Made by a program: the position numbers and the translations under genes. Shown here piece after piece: positions 44,102-52,796 of a stretch of DNA of 64,000 nt. Source of the stretch: Chthoniobacteraceae bacterium (GTDB lineage: Bacteria; Verrucomicrobiota; Verrucomicrobiia; Chthoniobacterales; Chthoniobacteraceae); contig JANNXQ010000235.1 in NCBI GenBank assembly GCA_031409655.1, positions 26,025 through 90,024 on the forward strand, given 5' to 3'. Every line of letters starts with the position of its first letter. The first letter of the stretch is position 1. Below the pieces are notes generated by a model. It did no database searches. It was not told where the DNA came from and saw only the letters and a program-made list of their open reading frames with translations.

Positions 44102-44641
44102 ATGGCCGATACCGAATCCCGCAAGCCCAACGCTTTCCTGGTTTTCCTCGGGAGCGCCCTCGCCCTTACGGTCGTCATCGTCATCGGCAGCGGATTCGTG
44201 GGCTCCAAACCCAAGGTCGAGACGGTGGACTCAAAACGCGGCCAACTCCGGATCGAAGCTCGGGAAAAACTCGATAAGGCCAATCTCGAACAATCGACCG
44301 TCGCAGACTGGGTGGACAAGGAAAAGGGGATCGTGCGCCTTCCGGTGGATCAGGCTATTAAACTGGTCGCCGCTGATCTTGCCGGGAAAAAGCCCGCGCC
44401 CTCGACGGTGAAGGTGGATCCTCCGCTGCCGATGCCGCCGCCCTACGATCCAAATGCCGCTGAGCCCGCTCCCGGGGCGCTCCCTTCTTCACCACAGGGT
44501 TCTGACACCATCCGTTTTGATCCGCCGGTACTGGCGCCATCAGCCGCGGTCGCCCCTGTTGCCGAGAGCCTGACCGCCAGCGCCGCGCCGGACCGGCCGC
44601 CGCTCGTCCATTGGACAGAAAAATCCGAGCCTACGAAATGA
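44102..44641 (+). CDS. ACIII-associated single-pass membrane protein (possible ActG equivalent)
   Basis: One TM, WVDKEKGIVRLPVDQAI motif, Pro-rich tail; tightly coupled to its neighbours. Confidence 0.6.
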   Translation: MADTESRKPNAFLVFLGSALALTVVIVIGSGFVGSKPKVETVDSKRGQLRIEAREKLDKANLEQSTVADWVDKEKGIVRLPVDQAIKLVAADLAGKKPAPSTVKVDPPLPMPPPYDPNAAEPAPGALPSSPQGSDTIRFDPPVLAPSAAVAPVAESLTASAAPDRPPLVHWTEKSEPTK

Positions 44642-46134
44642 CCGCCGCCGCCCCCGCTCCCACACCCGCCGCGCCACTCGGAAGCGCGCCCGTCTCGGCA
44701 ACGCCGGCTCCGGGCCGCGTCCTCGGAATCGAGCGCGCGCGGATCGACGCTTCGACGAGCGGTCCTGTGCTCTTCTTCTTTGGCTCTGCTGTCCTTTGGC
44801 TGCTCGCTTCCACCGTGCTTGGGCTCATTTCTTCGGTGCAACTGCATTCCCCGGAGTTCCTCGCTGGCTGCCCATTTCTGACCTACGGACGCGTCCTTCC
44901 CGCCTACCACCACGCGATCTTCTACGGATGGGCGACTCAGGCCGGGATTGGCGTCGGGCTCTGGCTTCTCTCCCGACTTTGCCGTGTGGAGATGAAACTC
45001 ACGGGAATCCTGATGATCGCGGCCTTGTTCTGCAATATCGGCCTGACTGTCGGCGTCGCGCAGATCCTCGGAGGAAAGACGAGCGGGGTGGAAGGGATGG
45101 AACTCACTGGTGGAGCGGCCGGCATTATGTTTGTCGGCTACGGGCTCGTCGCTCTCTGGGCGGCAATGATCTTCGGCCTGCGCCGCCAAGGTCCCGCTTA
45201 TATTTCAGTCTGGTATCTGCTTGCGGCGTTCCTTTGGCTGCCGTGGTCTTTCGGTTTGGGGTATTTCGGCCAGCAATTGTCTGGTGTTCAAGGAGTCATG
45301 CACAATGTGCTCGCCGCATGGGCCAGCCACAGTCTTTTGCACATGTGGATCACCGGGGTCGGCCTCGCGGCCGCTTACTACCTGATTCCCAAGGTCATCA
45401 ATCGCCCCGTCTTTAGTTACAACCTTGCCGCCATCGGATTTTGGTCATGGCTCGTCTTTGGCGGTTTGACTTCCATGGTCCGCTTGAGCGGTGGACCGAT
45501 CCCCGCATGGCTCGTGACGTTGAGCATCGCGGCGCACATCCTTCTCATCGTTCAGATCGTAACGGTTACTGCCAACTTGGTCCTCACCATGCGCGGCAAC
45601 TACCACATGGTCTATCACTCGCCGACAATCAGGTTCACTTTCTTCGGAGCCATCGCGTTTTCGATTGCCAGTGTGCTCGGCTTGTTCGCTTCTCTTCGCT
45701 CTGTTGACCGGGTGTTGCATTTCACGGAAGCCACGACGGCGATTGATACGGCGATTCTTTACGCTTTCTTCAGCATCGTCATGTTTGGTGCGATTTATTA
45801 TATCATGCCGCGGCTCGTCGGTTGTGAATGGCTCTCTTCGACGATGATCAGCCTGCACTTCTGGGGTGCGGCTTATGGGGGCGGCATGGCGATCTTGTTG
45901 CTCCTCTTCGGGGGGATCGCCAGCGGCTTGACGCTCGCTGATCCTGAGGCGTTGTTTTCTCAGGTCGTACAAATCGGTTACTACTCGCACCTTGGTCGGA
46001 CGATAGGGCTTATCCTGCTCTCGCTCGGACATTTGATCTTCGCTCTGCACTTCCTGCTCATGCTCCTGCGCATCGGTCAGCCCGGTGGTCAGGCCACACT
46101 CTTCGCCCCAATCGGGGACGAGTCCCACCCATGA
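44638..46134 (+). CDS. CcoN-like (cbb3 subunit I fold) membrane protein lacking most metal ligands
   Basis: CcoN landmarks (LTYGR, YISVWY, YYLIPK..RPVFSYNL..GFW, HFT, GAIYYIMPRL) are present, but canonical His positions read Y, V, R, I and T. Confidence 0.85.
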   Translation: MTAAAPAPTPAAPLGSAPVSATPAPGRVLGIERARIDASTSGPVLFFFGSAVLWLLASTVLGLISSVQLHSPEFLAGCPFLTYGRVLPAYHHAIFYGWATQAGIGVGLWLLSRLCRVEMKLTGILMIAALFCNIGLTVGVAQILGGKTSGVEGMELTGGAAGIMFVGYGLVALWAAMIFGLRRQGPAYISVWYLLAAFLWLPWSFGLGYFGQQLSGVQGVMHNVLAAWASHSLLHMWITGVGLAAAYYLIPKVINRPVFSYNLAAIGFWSWLVFGGLTSMVRLSGGPIPAWLVTLSIAAHILLIVQIVTVTANLVLTMRGNYHMVYHSPTIRFTFFGAIAFSIASVLGLFASLRSVDRVLHFTEATTAIDTAILYAFFSIVMFGAIYYIMPRLVGCEWLSSTMISLHFWGAAYGGGMAILLLLFGGIASGLTLADPEALFSQVVQIGYYSHLGRTIGLILLSLGHLIFALHFLLMLLRIGQPGGQATLFAPIGDESHP

Positions 46135-46823
46135 ACCGCTCGATCCAACTTTACGCCGGCGTCATCGGCTCCTTCGCGCTATCCGTCACCGCTCTTATCC
46201 TCCTGCCAAAGGCGCAGATCGGGGCTCTCCAGCCTCAGACCGCGGAGGATGAGGGGAAGATCGTTGATATTTTTCCGATCGAAAATGTTGGCGTCGCAGC
46301 GCAGGGCCGCGAGGTCTATGCTTCACTTGGATGCTACTATTGCCACTCACAGCAGGTCCGCGATGCGCAGAATGGTTTGGATATCGAACGCGGTTGGGGG
46401 CAACGGAGGACCGTGGCGCGCGATTACATTTTCGAGCAGCCTCCCTTTCTTGGAGGCGCTCGGGTCGGGCCGGATCTGGCAAATGTCGGCTCCGCCAAGT
46501 GGCGCAACGAACCTGAGAACGAAACGCGCAAGCCAAAGAAGCGCGATGCCGCCTGGCAACTCCTGCATCTCTACAACCCGCGCACGGTCATCACCGAGTC
46601 GAACATGCCTTCGTATCGCTACCTCTTTGAAGAGCGCAAGGTTACTGGGCAACGGTCTGCCGATGCGCTCCCGGTGGCCGCAACCAAAGGTGGCGACTAC
46701 GAAGTGGTTCCAAAAGCTGAAGCGAAGGCCTTGGTTGGTTACCTCATGACGCTCGACCGGAGTCATCCGCTGAAAGAAGTGAAGGCGGCAATCGCCTCCT
46801 CACCCGCGCCCGCCGCCAAATGA
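46131..46823 (+). CDS. ccoO: CcoO-like monoheme cytochrome c (cbb3 subunit II family)
   Basis: GREVYASLGCYYCHSQQVR, RVGPDLANVG, HLYNPR...SNMPSY. Confidence 0.85.
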   Translation: MNRSIQLYAGVIGSFALSVTALILLPKAQIGALQPQTAEDEGKIVDIFPIENVGVAAQGREVYASLGCYYCHSQQVRDAQNGLDIERGWGQRRTVARDYIFEQPPFLGGARVGPDLANVGSAKWRNEPENETRKPKKRDAAWQLLHLYNPRTVITESNMPSYRYLFEERKVTGQRSADALPVAATKGGDYEVVPKAEAKALVGYLMTLDRSHPLKEVKAAIASSPAPAAK

Positions 46824-48214
46824 GCACGCCATCCGATCGTCCGACACCACCCGAGAATCCCGACCAGATTGACTACCGGGAAGCCGGTGACATTACTGAA
46901 GTGCATTCCGCGATTCAGCGGGAGCACGTTGAGCCCACTGCCAAGGTCACTCCGATTCCGCTTTGGCTCACCGCGGTGTGCGGCGCTGCCATGGTCTGGG
47001 CTGGAACCTATTTCGGCATCTTCAACGGGGGACTGAGTGGCAGCGTCTTCAACGAATACGAAAGCTCACCGGCTTTGCTTTTCCCGCCACCTGCGGGTGG
47101 AGCGGGCGCCGTTGCCGTCGCGGAAGCTCCTCTGACCCTAGCCCAATCTGGAAAGGTCGTTTACAGCCAATGTGTCGCGTGTCACCAGACGAGCGGCATG
47201 GGTGTCCCGGCGCAGTTCCCCGTCTTGGCGGGTTCCGAGTGGGTGAAGGGCGGCGAAAAGCGGCTCATCGGGATTTTGCTCAAGGGTATGACTGGTCCAA
47301 TCACGGTGCTGGGTAAGCAGGGTTCGTATGCAGGGAACATGGTTCCCTGGGAGGCGACGCTCTCCTCAAAGAAGATCGCTGCGGTGGCGAGTTACATCCG
47401 CTCTGAGTGGGGTAATGGGGCGCCCGAAGTGACCGAAGCCGACGTCGAACTCGCGAAGAAAGAATTTGCCGCGGTTAAGACTCAGTTTACTGAGGCGCAA
47501 TTGCTGCAGATTCCTGACGAGAACTACGATGGTGCTGGTGCCGCGCCAGCCACGACCAGCGCGCCCGCCAAGCCTGCCGCGGTGGTTGCTGCTGCTGCTG
47601 CTCCATCCGCGGCCGCTGCCGTTCCAGCGGCAGGCATTGCTTCCGCGGTCACCGCGGCTGCCGATCCGGCGCAGATGGCCATGGGGAAAGGCGTTTACAT
47701 GACGGTTTGTGTGGCCTGTCATCAGCCAAATGGGGCTGGTTTGCCGATGGTATTCCCGCCACTCACAAAGTCTCCCTACGTCAGTGGCCCGGCAGATCGT
47801 CTGGCCGCGATTATTCTCAAGGGGAACGCCGGTCCGTTCACCTTTGATGGCAAGCTTTACAACAACATTATGGTCCCCCAGGAGGCCATGTTGGACGATG
47901 TCAAGATTGCCGCAGTCATGACTTTCGTCAGAGCGAGCTTCGAAAACAATGCGCCCCCGGTGAACGCGGAAGTGGTAAGTGAAACGCGCAAGAGGTTTCT
48001 CGATCGGAAGACCCCCTGGACTCAGCCCGAACTCGACGCGTGGGGTGCGGCACCAGCGGCACTGCCTCCCGCTCCGGCGGCCGAAGTTCCAACACCGGTT
48101 GCTGCCCCAGTAAGTCCCGCCCCCGCGGCACCGGTGACGCCCTCGGTTCCCGCACCTGCCCCAGTCCCCGCGACTCCGGTTGCACCGACTCCCAGCCCTG
48201 CTCCTGCCAACTAA
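46820..48214 (+). CDS. Membrane-anchored diheme cytochrome c with Ala/Pro linkers
   Basis: TM helix, two class I cytochrome c domains (CVACH twice, each with a distal Met in M-V-P). Confidence 0.9.
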   Translation: MSTPSDRPTPPENPDQIDYREAGDITEVHSAIQREHVEPTAKVTPIPLWLTAVCGAAMVWAGTYFGIFNGGLSGSVFNEYESSPALLFPPPAGGAGAVAVAEAPLTLAQSGKVVYSQCVACHQTSGMGVPAQFPVLAGSEWVKGGEKRLIGILLKGMTGPITVLGKQGSYAGNMVPWEATLSSKKIAAVASYIRSEWGNGAPEVTEADVELAKKEFAAVKTQFTEAQLLQIPDENYDGAGAAPATTSAPAKPAAVVAAAAAPSAAAAVPAAGIASAVTAAADPAQMAMGKGVYMTVCVACHQPNGAGLPMVFPPLTKSPYVSGPADRLAAIILKGNAGPFTFDGKLYNNIMVPQEAMLDDVKIAAVMTFVRASFENNAPPVNAEVVSETRKRFLDRKTPWTQPELDAWGAAPAALPPAPAAEVPTPVAAPVSPAPAAPVTPSVPAPAPVPATPVAPTPSPAPAN

Positions 48215-48249
48215 TTCCTAATCCATCATCTCCCACTCCCAAGCTGACT

Positions 48250-48750
48250 ATGTTGACGAAAACTCTCTTCTCGCTCGGAACAGCCACTTTGCTCTCAGTC
48301 GCAAGCTTTGCGCAGGAGACAGATCAGATGAAGCTCGGTAAGACAACCTACATGATGACGTGCGTTGCCTGTCACCAGCCGAACGGTGCTGGACTGCCGA
48401 TGGTTTTTCCGCCGATTACGAAGTCCCCTTACGTCATGGAATCAGCAGAGCGCCTCGCCGCGATCATTCTCAAAGGGAATGCGGGCCCTTTCGTGGTGGA
48501 CGGCAAGCCTTACAACAACATCATGGTCCCGCAGGAAGCGATGCTCGATGATACCAAGATTGCGGCTGTCATGACCTACGTCCGCGCAAACTTCGGCAAT
48601 ACTGCTGGACCCGTCGCCGTCGAAGTCGTAGCCGCCGCCCGCAAAAAATTCCTCGATCGCAAGACGCCCTGGTCCCAAGCCGAACTCGACGCTTGGAAAG
48701 ACGATGCCGCCCCTGCTGCTGCGTCTCCTCCAGCAGCGCCGACGAACTAG
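48250..48750 (+). CDS. Secreted monoheme cytochrome c
   Basis: Signal peptide MLTKTLFSLGTATLLSVASFA; CVACH; near-copy of domain 2 of the upstream gene. Confidence 0.9.
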   Translation: MLTKTLFSLGTATLLSVASFAQETDQMKLGKTTYMMTCVACHQPNGAGLPMVFPPITKSPYVMESAERLAAIILKGNAGPFVVDGKPYNNIMVPQEAMLDDTKIAAVMTYVRANFGNTAGPVAVEVVAAARKKFLDRKTPWSQAELDAWKDDAAPAAASPPAAPTN

Positions 48751-48872
48751 TTTCCGGTAGTGTCCAAGAATTTTCAGCACCCTGCACAGAAAGCTCAGAA
48801 ATCCATTGGCACTCCCGGTTAGCCATCGGAAATTGAGCAACCTCTACCAGTCCCGTTCCTAGACTCAAACGT

Positions 48873-50822
48873 ATGGCCGCAACCACCACTTCTCATGAGC
48901 CCGCCGCTCATGCCCATGCTCACGACGATCATCAGCACGAGCAGCACTGGATCTGGAAATACGTCTTTTCCACCGATCACAAGACGATCGGTATCCAATA
49001 CGGGCTGACCGGACTCGTTTTTCTCTTTTTCGGTTTCACTTTGATGATGGTGATGCGTTGGCAGCTTGCGCATCCCGACACCGTGGTGCCGCTAATCGGT
49101 CAGTTCTTTGGGGATATCGGAGTCTGGCTCAACCAGGATGCTCGCTCGCTCGCTACGCTGGCGAAGACCGACAGCTTCGACTCATGGTTCTGGCTGCGCG
49201 CCATTTCCGAAATTTTTCCTGGCGGCAAGCTTTCCGCGGACGGCTACAATTCCTTCGGGGCGATGCACGGCACCATCATGGTGTTCTTCGGGATTGTACC
49301 AATCGCCTTCGCATCCTTCGGAAATTTCGTGGTGCCCCTGCAGATCGGGGCGCCCGACATGACCTTCCCGAAGCTTAACATGGCAAGCTACTGGTGTTTT
49401 TTCATCAGTTGTATCTTTATGTTGGTCTCGTTTCTCGTTCCGGGTGGTGCGGCAAAGTCCGGGTGGACTTCTTATTCACCTCTTGCCGGAATGGCCGATC
49501 TCGGGCCTGGAAATCATCCTTTCTTCAATGGTCAGACGCTTTGGGTCACTGGGATGGTCTTCAACATTACGGCTTCTCTCCTTGGGTCGGTGAATTTCAT
49601 CGCCACGATCATTCAACTCCGGGCTCCGGGGATGACTTGGATGCGCCTTCCTTTTTTCGTCTGGGCGCAATTCGTCACGGCCTTCCTTTTGCTGCTTGCC
49701 TTCCCGCCGCTCGAAGCCGCAGCGGTCATGCAGTTTATGGATCGGGTGTTCGACACGAGTTTCTTCATGCCGACTGGCCTCATCGTGAACCAGCAAGCCA
49801 CGCAATGGAGCGGAGGTGGTAGTCCGGTGCTCTGGCAGCACCTCTTCTGGTTCCTAGCCCATCCGGAAGTTTACGTCCTGATTCTTCCCGGTATCGGCAT
49901 GGTTGCGGAGATCATCGCCTGCAACACCCGCAAGCCGCTCTATGGTTACAAGGCCATGGTAGGTGCCATTTTCGTCCTTGGGTTCCTCAGCTTCATCGTC
50001 TGGGCGCATCATATGTATATGACCGGCATGGGAGCCAAGGTCGCGGCGTTCTTCCAGACGACCACGATTATCATCTCCATCCCTTCCGTGATTTTGATCA
50101 CGGCTTTGCTCCTCTCACTGTGGGGTGGTTCGATTCGTTTCACCACACCGATGCTTTTCGCCACGGCGTTTCTACCGATGTTCGGAATCGGCGGCCTGAC
50201 CGGGATCCCGCTCGCCTTTAATGCCGTCGGTCTCTACCTGCACGATACCTATTACGTCATCGCACATTTTCACTACGTCGTCGCGCCAGGCACCATCTTT
50301 GCAATCTTTGCGGGGATTTATCACTGGTACCCGAAAGCCACTGGAAGGATGCTTGGTGAGTTTCTCGGAAAAGTGCATTTCTGGGGTTCGCTCATCTTCA
50401 TAAATGGAGTCTTCGCACCTATGTTTCTTCAGGGGATGGCAGGAATGCACCGCCGTTGGTATGACGGTGGGGCGATCTACGACAAGATCTCAAATCAGGT
50501 GGTGCTAGGAAAAACGGGCATCGAATGGAATGTGGTCATCTCCACGTCTGCATTTCTCCTTTGTGCGGCTCAGTTGCCCTTCATCTGGAATTTCTTCTGG
50601 AGCATGAAATTTGGGAAGCGCGTGCCGAACGACAATCCTTGGGACGCAACCACCGTCGAATGGGATACGCCTTCGCCTCCGGGACACGGCAATTTCATCA
50701 AGGACATCAAAGTCCATCGTGGACCCTACGAGTATAGCATCCCCGGTGCGGATAAGGACTTCACGCCTCAGACCGAGGAGCCCAGCGATCGGAATAGAGC
50801 TCCTGTCGCCGCCAAACACTGA
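48873..50822 (+). CDS. ctaD: Cytochrome c oxidase subunit I, A1-type heme-copper oxidase
   Basis: STDHKTIG, MHGTIM, PDMTFPKLN, WFLAHPEVY, VWAHHM, AHFHY, GMHRRW. Confidence 0.96.
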   Translation: MAATTTSHEPAAHAHAHDDHQHEQHWIWKYVFSTDHKTIGIQYGLTGLVFLFFGFTLMMVMRWQLAHPDTVVPLIGQFFGDIGVWLNQDARSLATLAKTDSFDSWFWLRAISEIFPGGKLSADGYNSFGAMHGTIMVFFGIVPIAFASFGNFVVPLQIGAPDMTFPKLNMASYWCFFISCIFMLVSFLVPGGAAKSGWTSYSPLAGMADLGPGNHPFFNGQTLWVTGMVFNITASLLGSVNFIATIIQLRAPGMTWMRLPFFVWAQFVTAFLLLLAFPPLEAAAVMQFMDRVFDTSFFMPTGLIVNQQATQWSGGGSPVLWQHLFWFLAHPEVYVLILPGIGMVAEIIACNTRKPLYGYKAMVGAIFVLGFLSFIVWAHHMYMTGMGAKVAAFFQTTTIIISIPSVILITALLLSLWGGSIRFTTPMLFATAFLPMFGIGGLTGIPLAFNAVGLYLHDTYYVIAHFHYVVAPGTIFAIFAGIYHWYPKATGRMLGEFLGKVHFWGSLIFINGVFAPMFLQGMAGMHRRWYDGGAIYDKISNQVVLGKTGIEWNVVISTSAFLLCAAQLPFIWNFFWSMKFGKRVPNDNPWDATTVEWDTPSPPGHGNFIKDIKVHRGPYEYSIPGADKDFTPQTEEPSDRNRAPVAAKH

Positions 50823-50851
50823 CGCCTTCCTTCTGCGCTCCATTCTTTGAC

Positions 50852-51877
50852 ATGCAAATTCCTCACGAAGTCCAGGCCCGTCCTGATACCGGGCTCTATA
50901 ATGCGAAACTTGGCATCTGGCTCTTTCTCGCATCGGAAGTCATGCTCTTCGGCGGGCTCTTCTCCGCCTATATCTTCCTCCGCATGGGCGCCGAACCGGG
51001 ATACTGGCCGCGCGGCCTGCTCAATGTTCCGGTAGGCGCGGGTAACACGGCGATCCTCATTGCTTCCTCGGTGACGGTGGTGCTGGCGTGGGCGTCGTTG
51101 AAGATGCGGAAGTTCCAGCAGTATCGGCTTTGGATGGGAATTTCGATCCTTTGCGGGGCGCTGTTCCTCATTGTCAAACTCGCTTACGAATGGCCCCAGA
51201 AGTTCCATCACTTCGGTGCCTTCATTAAGAAGGGTGCTCTGGAAAAGTATGAGCCGTATCTCGGCAACAAGTATCTGGCCGAGAGAAAGCTCGAGAAACG
51301 AGTCGAAATCTCGGGGCATCTCCATGAGGTCATCATCGACCCAACGGGCGTCGATAAGGCGCGGCTGGATGCCTTTCTCAAGAAGCATCACCTGACGGCG
51401 GAGGCGGACCATAACGATCACAACCTGCAGATGGTCAGTGGGAAGCACCTGACTCCCGGCATAGCGGAGGATCTCGAAAAGCTTCCGGGCATGAAGTTCA
51501 AAGCATTCGAGGTGGGTTTGGATCCCATCAATGCCGCTCCCACGGACCCCGAGAGCGATGAGCCTCACTTTTGGTACAAGGGGTCAACGGAAAAGAAGGG
51601 CCGGATCGCACGCGAAGACATCGAGAGTTACAGTGCATTTGCACCCAAGCACAGTTCTTACTTCGCGGTTTATTTCACGATTACTGGCATCCACGGCTTG
51701 CATGTTTTGGCCGGTGTTTTGATTATGGGCTATCTTTGGCTCCCGATCGAAGGCGGCGCGAATCTCTTCAAGCGCAATCCTGAGCACCTGGCCAACCGCG
51801 TGGAAGTCGTCGGGCTCTTTTGGCACTTCGTTGACCTCGTCTGGATCTTCGCGTTCCCGATCTTTTACCTCCTCTAG
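50852..51877 (+). CDS. ctaE: Cytochrome c oxidase subunit III with large soluble insertion
   Basis: GIWLFLASEVMLFGGLF, NTAILIASS, TGIHGLHV, FWHFVDLVW. Confidence 0.9.
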   Translation: MQIPHEVQARPDTGLYNAKLGIWLFLASEVMLFGGLFSAYIFLRMGAEPGYWPRGLLNVPVGAGNTAILIASSVTVVLAWASLKMRKFQQYRLWMGISILCGALFLIVKLAYEWPQKFHHFGAFIKKGALEKYEPYLGNKYLAERKLEKRVEISGHLHEVIIDPTGVDKARLDAFLKKHHLTAEADHNDHNLQMVSGKHLTPGIAEDLEKLPGMKFKAFEVGLDPINAAPTDPESDEPHFWYKGSTEKKGRIAREDIESYSAFAPKHSSYFAVYFTITGIHGLHVLAGVLIMGYLWLPIEGGANLFKRNPEHLANRVEVVGLFWHFVDLVWIFAFPIFYLL

Positions 51878-51886
51878 GCCAAACTC

Positions 51887-52273
51887 ATGACCGAATCCCA
51901 CGAACAAGGCAAACCAGTAGCGCATGGCACCGCGCCTGAAACGGCCACGCCTGGCGATCATGGCCACGCAGCGCATGACATGCACCTCGGCCTCTATCTT
52001 GGGGTCGGAGTATTCCTGCTCGTCGCCACCGTCATCACGGTCTGGCTGTCCTTCGTCGATTTCGGCAGCCACGCGGCAAACGTGACCGTCGCGATGATCG
52101 TCGCCACCATCAAGGTTGGCTTTGTGGCTGCGATCTTCATGCATTTGAAGGGGGAATCGAAGACGGTCTGGCGCTTTCTCTACTTCACCATCTTTTTTGT
52201 CGCAGGACTGTTCCTGCTCACGCTGCTCCACTATGCCGACCCGATTTTTGGGACTGGTTACAATAAGCACTAA
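51887..52273 (+). CDS. Cytochrome c oxidase subunit IV family protein
   Basis: His-rich N-terminus, three TM helices, ATIKVGFVAAIFMHLK. Confidence 0.85.
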   Translation: MTESHEQGKPVAHGTAPETATPGDHGHAAHDMHLGLYLGVGVFLLVATVITVWLSFVDFGSHAANVTVAMIVATIKVGFVAAIFMHLKGESKTVWRFLYFTIFFVAGLFLLTLLHYADPIFGTGYNKH

Positions 52274-52343
52274 CCCAATTTGCGCGCTTGCTTTGCTAAA
52301 AGTGAGCAGGTGGAGCCACTGAAAAACAATCCATCCAAAGCAT

Positions 52344-52529
52344 ATGTCACTCAAAGCGTTTCACCTCGTCTTCATTTTCCTCTCGATCCTGCTCGCGATG
52401 GGTTGCGCGGCGTGGTCGTATTTGAACAAAACGTCTGTGGACTTCGGCGTCGCCTCCGCCATCGTCGCTGCCGGTCTTGTAATTTATGGCATCTGGTTCA
52501 TGAGGAAAAGTCGAAAGATTATTGTATGA
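52344..52529 (+). CDS. Small two-TM membrane protein
   Basis: 61 aa MSLKAFHLVFI...; its stop overlaps the next ATG (ATGA); lies inside the oxidase cluster. Confidence 0.65.
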   Translation: MSLKAFHLVFIFLSILLAMGCAAWSYLNKTSVDFGVASAIVAAGLVIYGIWFMRKSRKIIV

Positions 52530-52783
52530 AGTCCATCGGTTCTAGCCGCCTCGTCACTCTGTTCATTGCGTTTATCGTTTCGGCGATGCCGGCTACGGTC
52601 CAAGCCTGCTCCGTTTGCATGGGTGCGGATGACAGCAGGACTGGTCCCGCGATCAATTCCGCGATCTTTCTTCTGCTTGGCTGTATCGGCGGCGTCCTCG
52701 CGACATTGGTGGGTTTCGGCTTTTATCTGATGAAACGCGCGAATGCGCCGTTGCCCCCGGAGTTAGAACTGCAACAGTCCTGA
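52526..52783 (+). CDS. Small exported CxxC membrane protein
   Basis: ATG at 52526; signal-like peptide ending VQA, then CSVCMG, then one TM helix. Confidence 0.65.
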   Translation: MKSIGSSRLVTLFIAFIVSAMPATVQACSVCMGADDSRTGPAINSAIFLLLGCIGGVLATLVGFGFYLMKRANAPLPPELELQQS

Positions 52784-52796
52784 ATTTTATCCTGTC

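Noticed and set aside
44638..48214. A functional cbb3-type (high-affinity) oxidase ccoNOP
   Set aside because: The CcoN-like protein lacks the CuB, heme b3 and heme b ligands, so microaerobic cbb3 respiration cannot be inferred from it.
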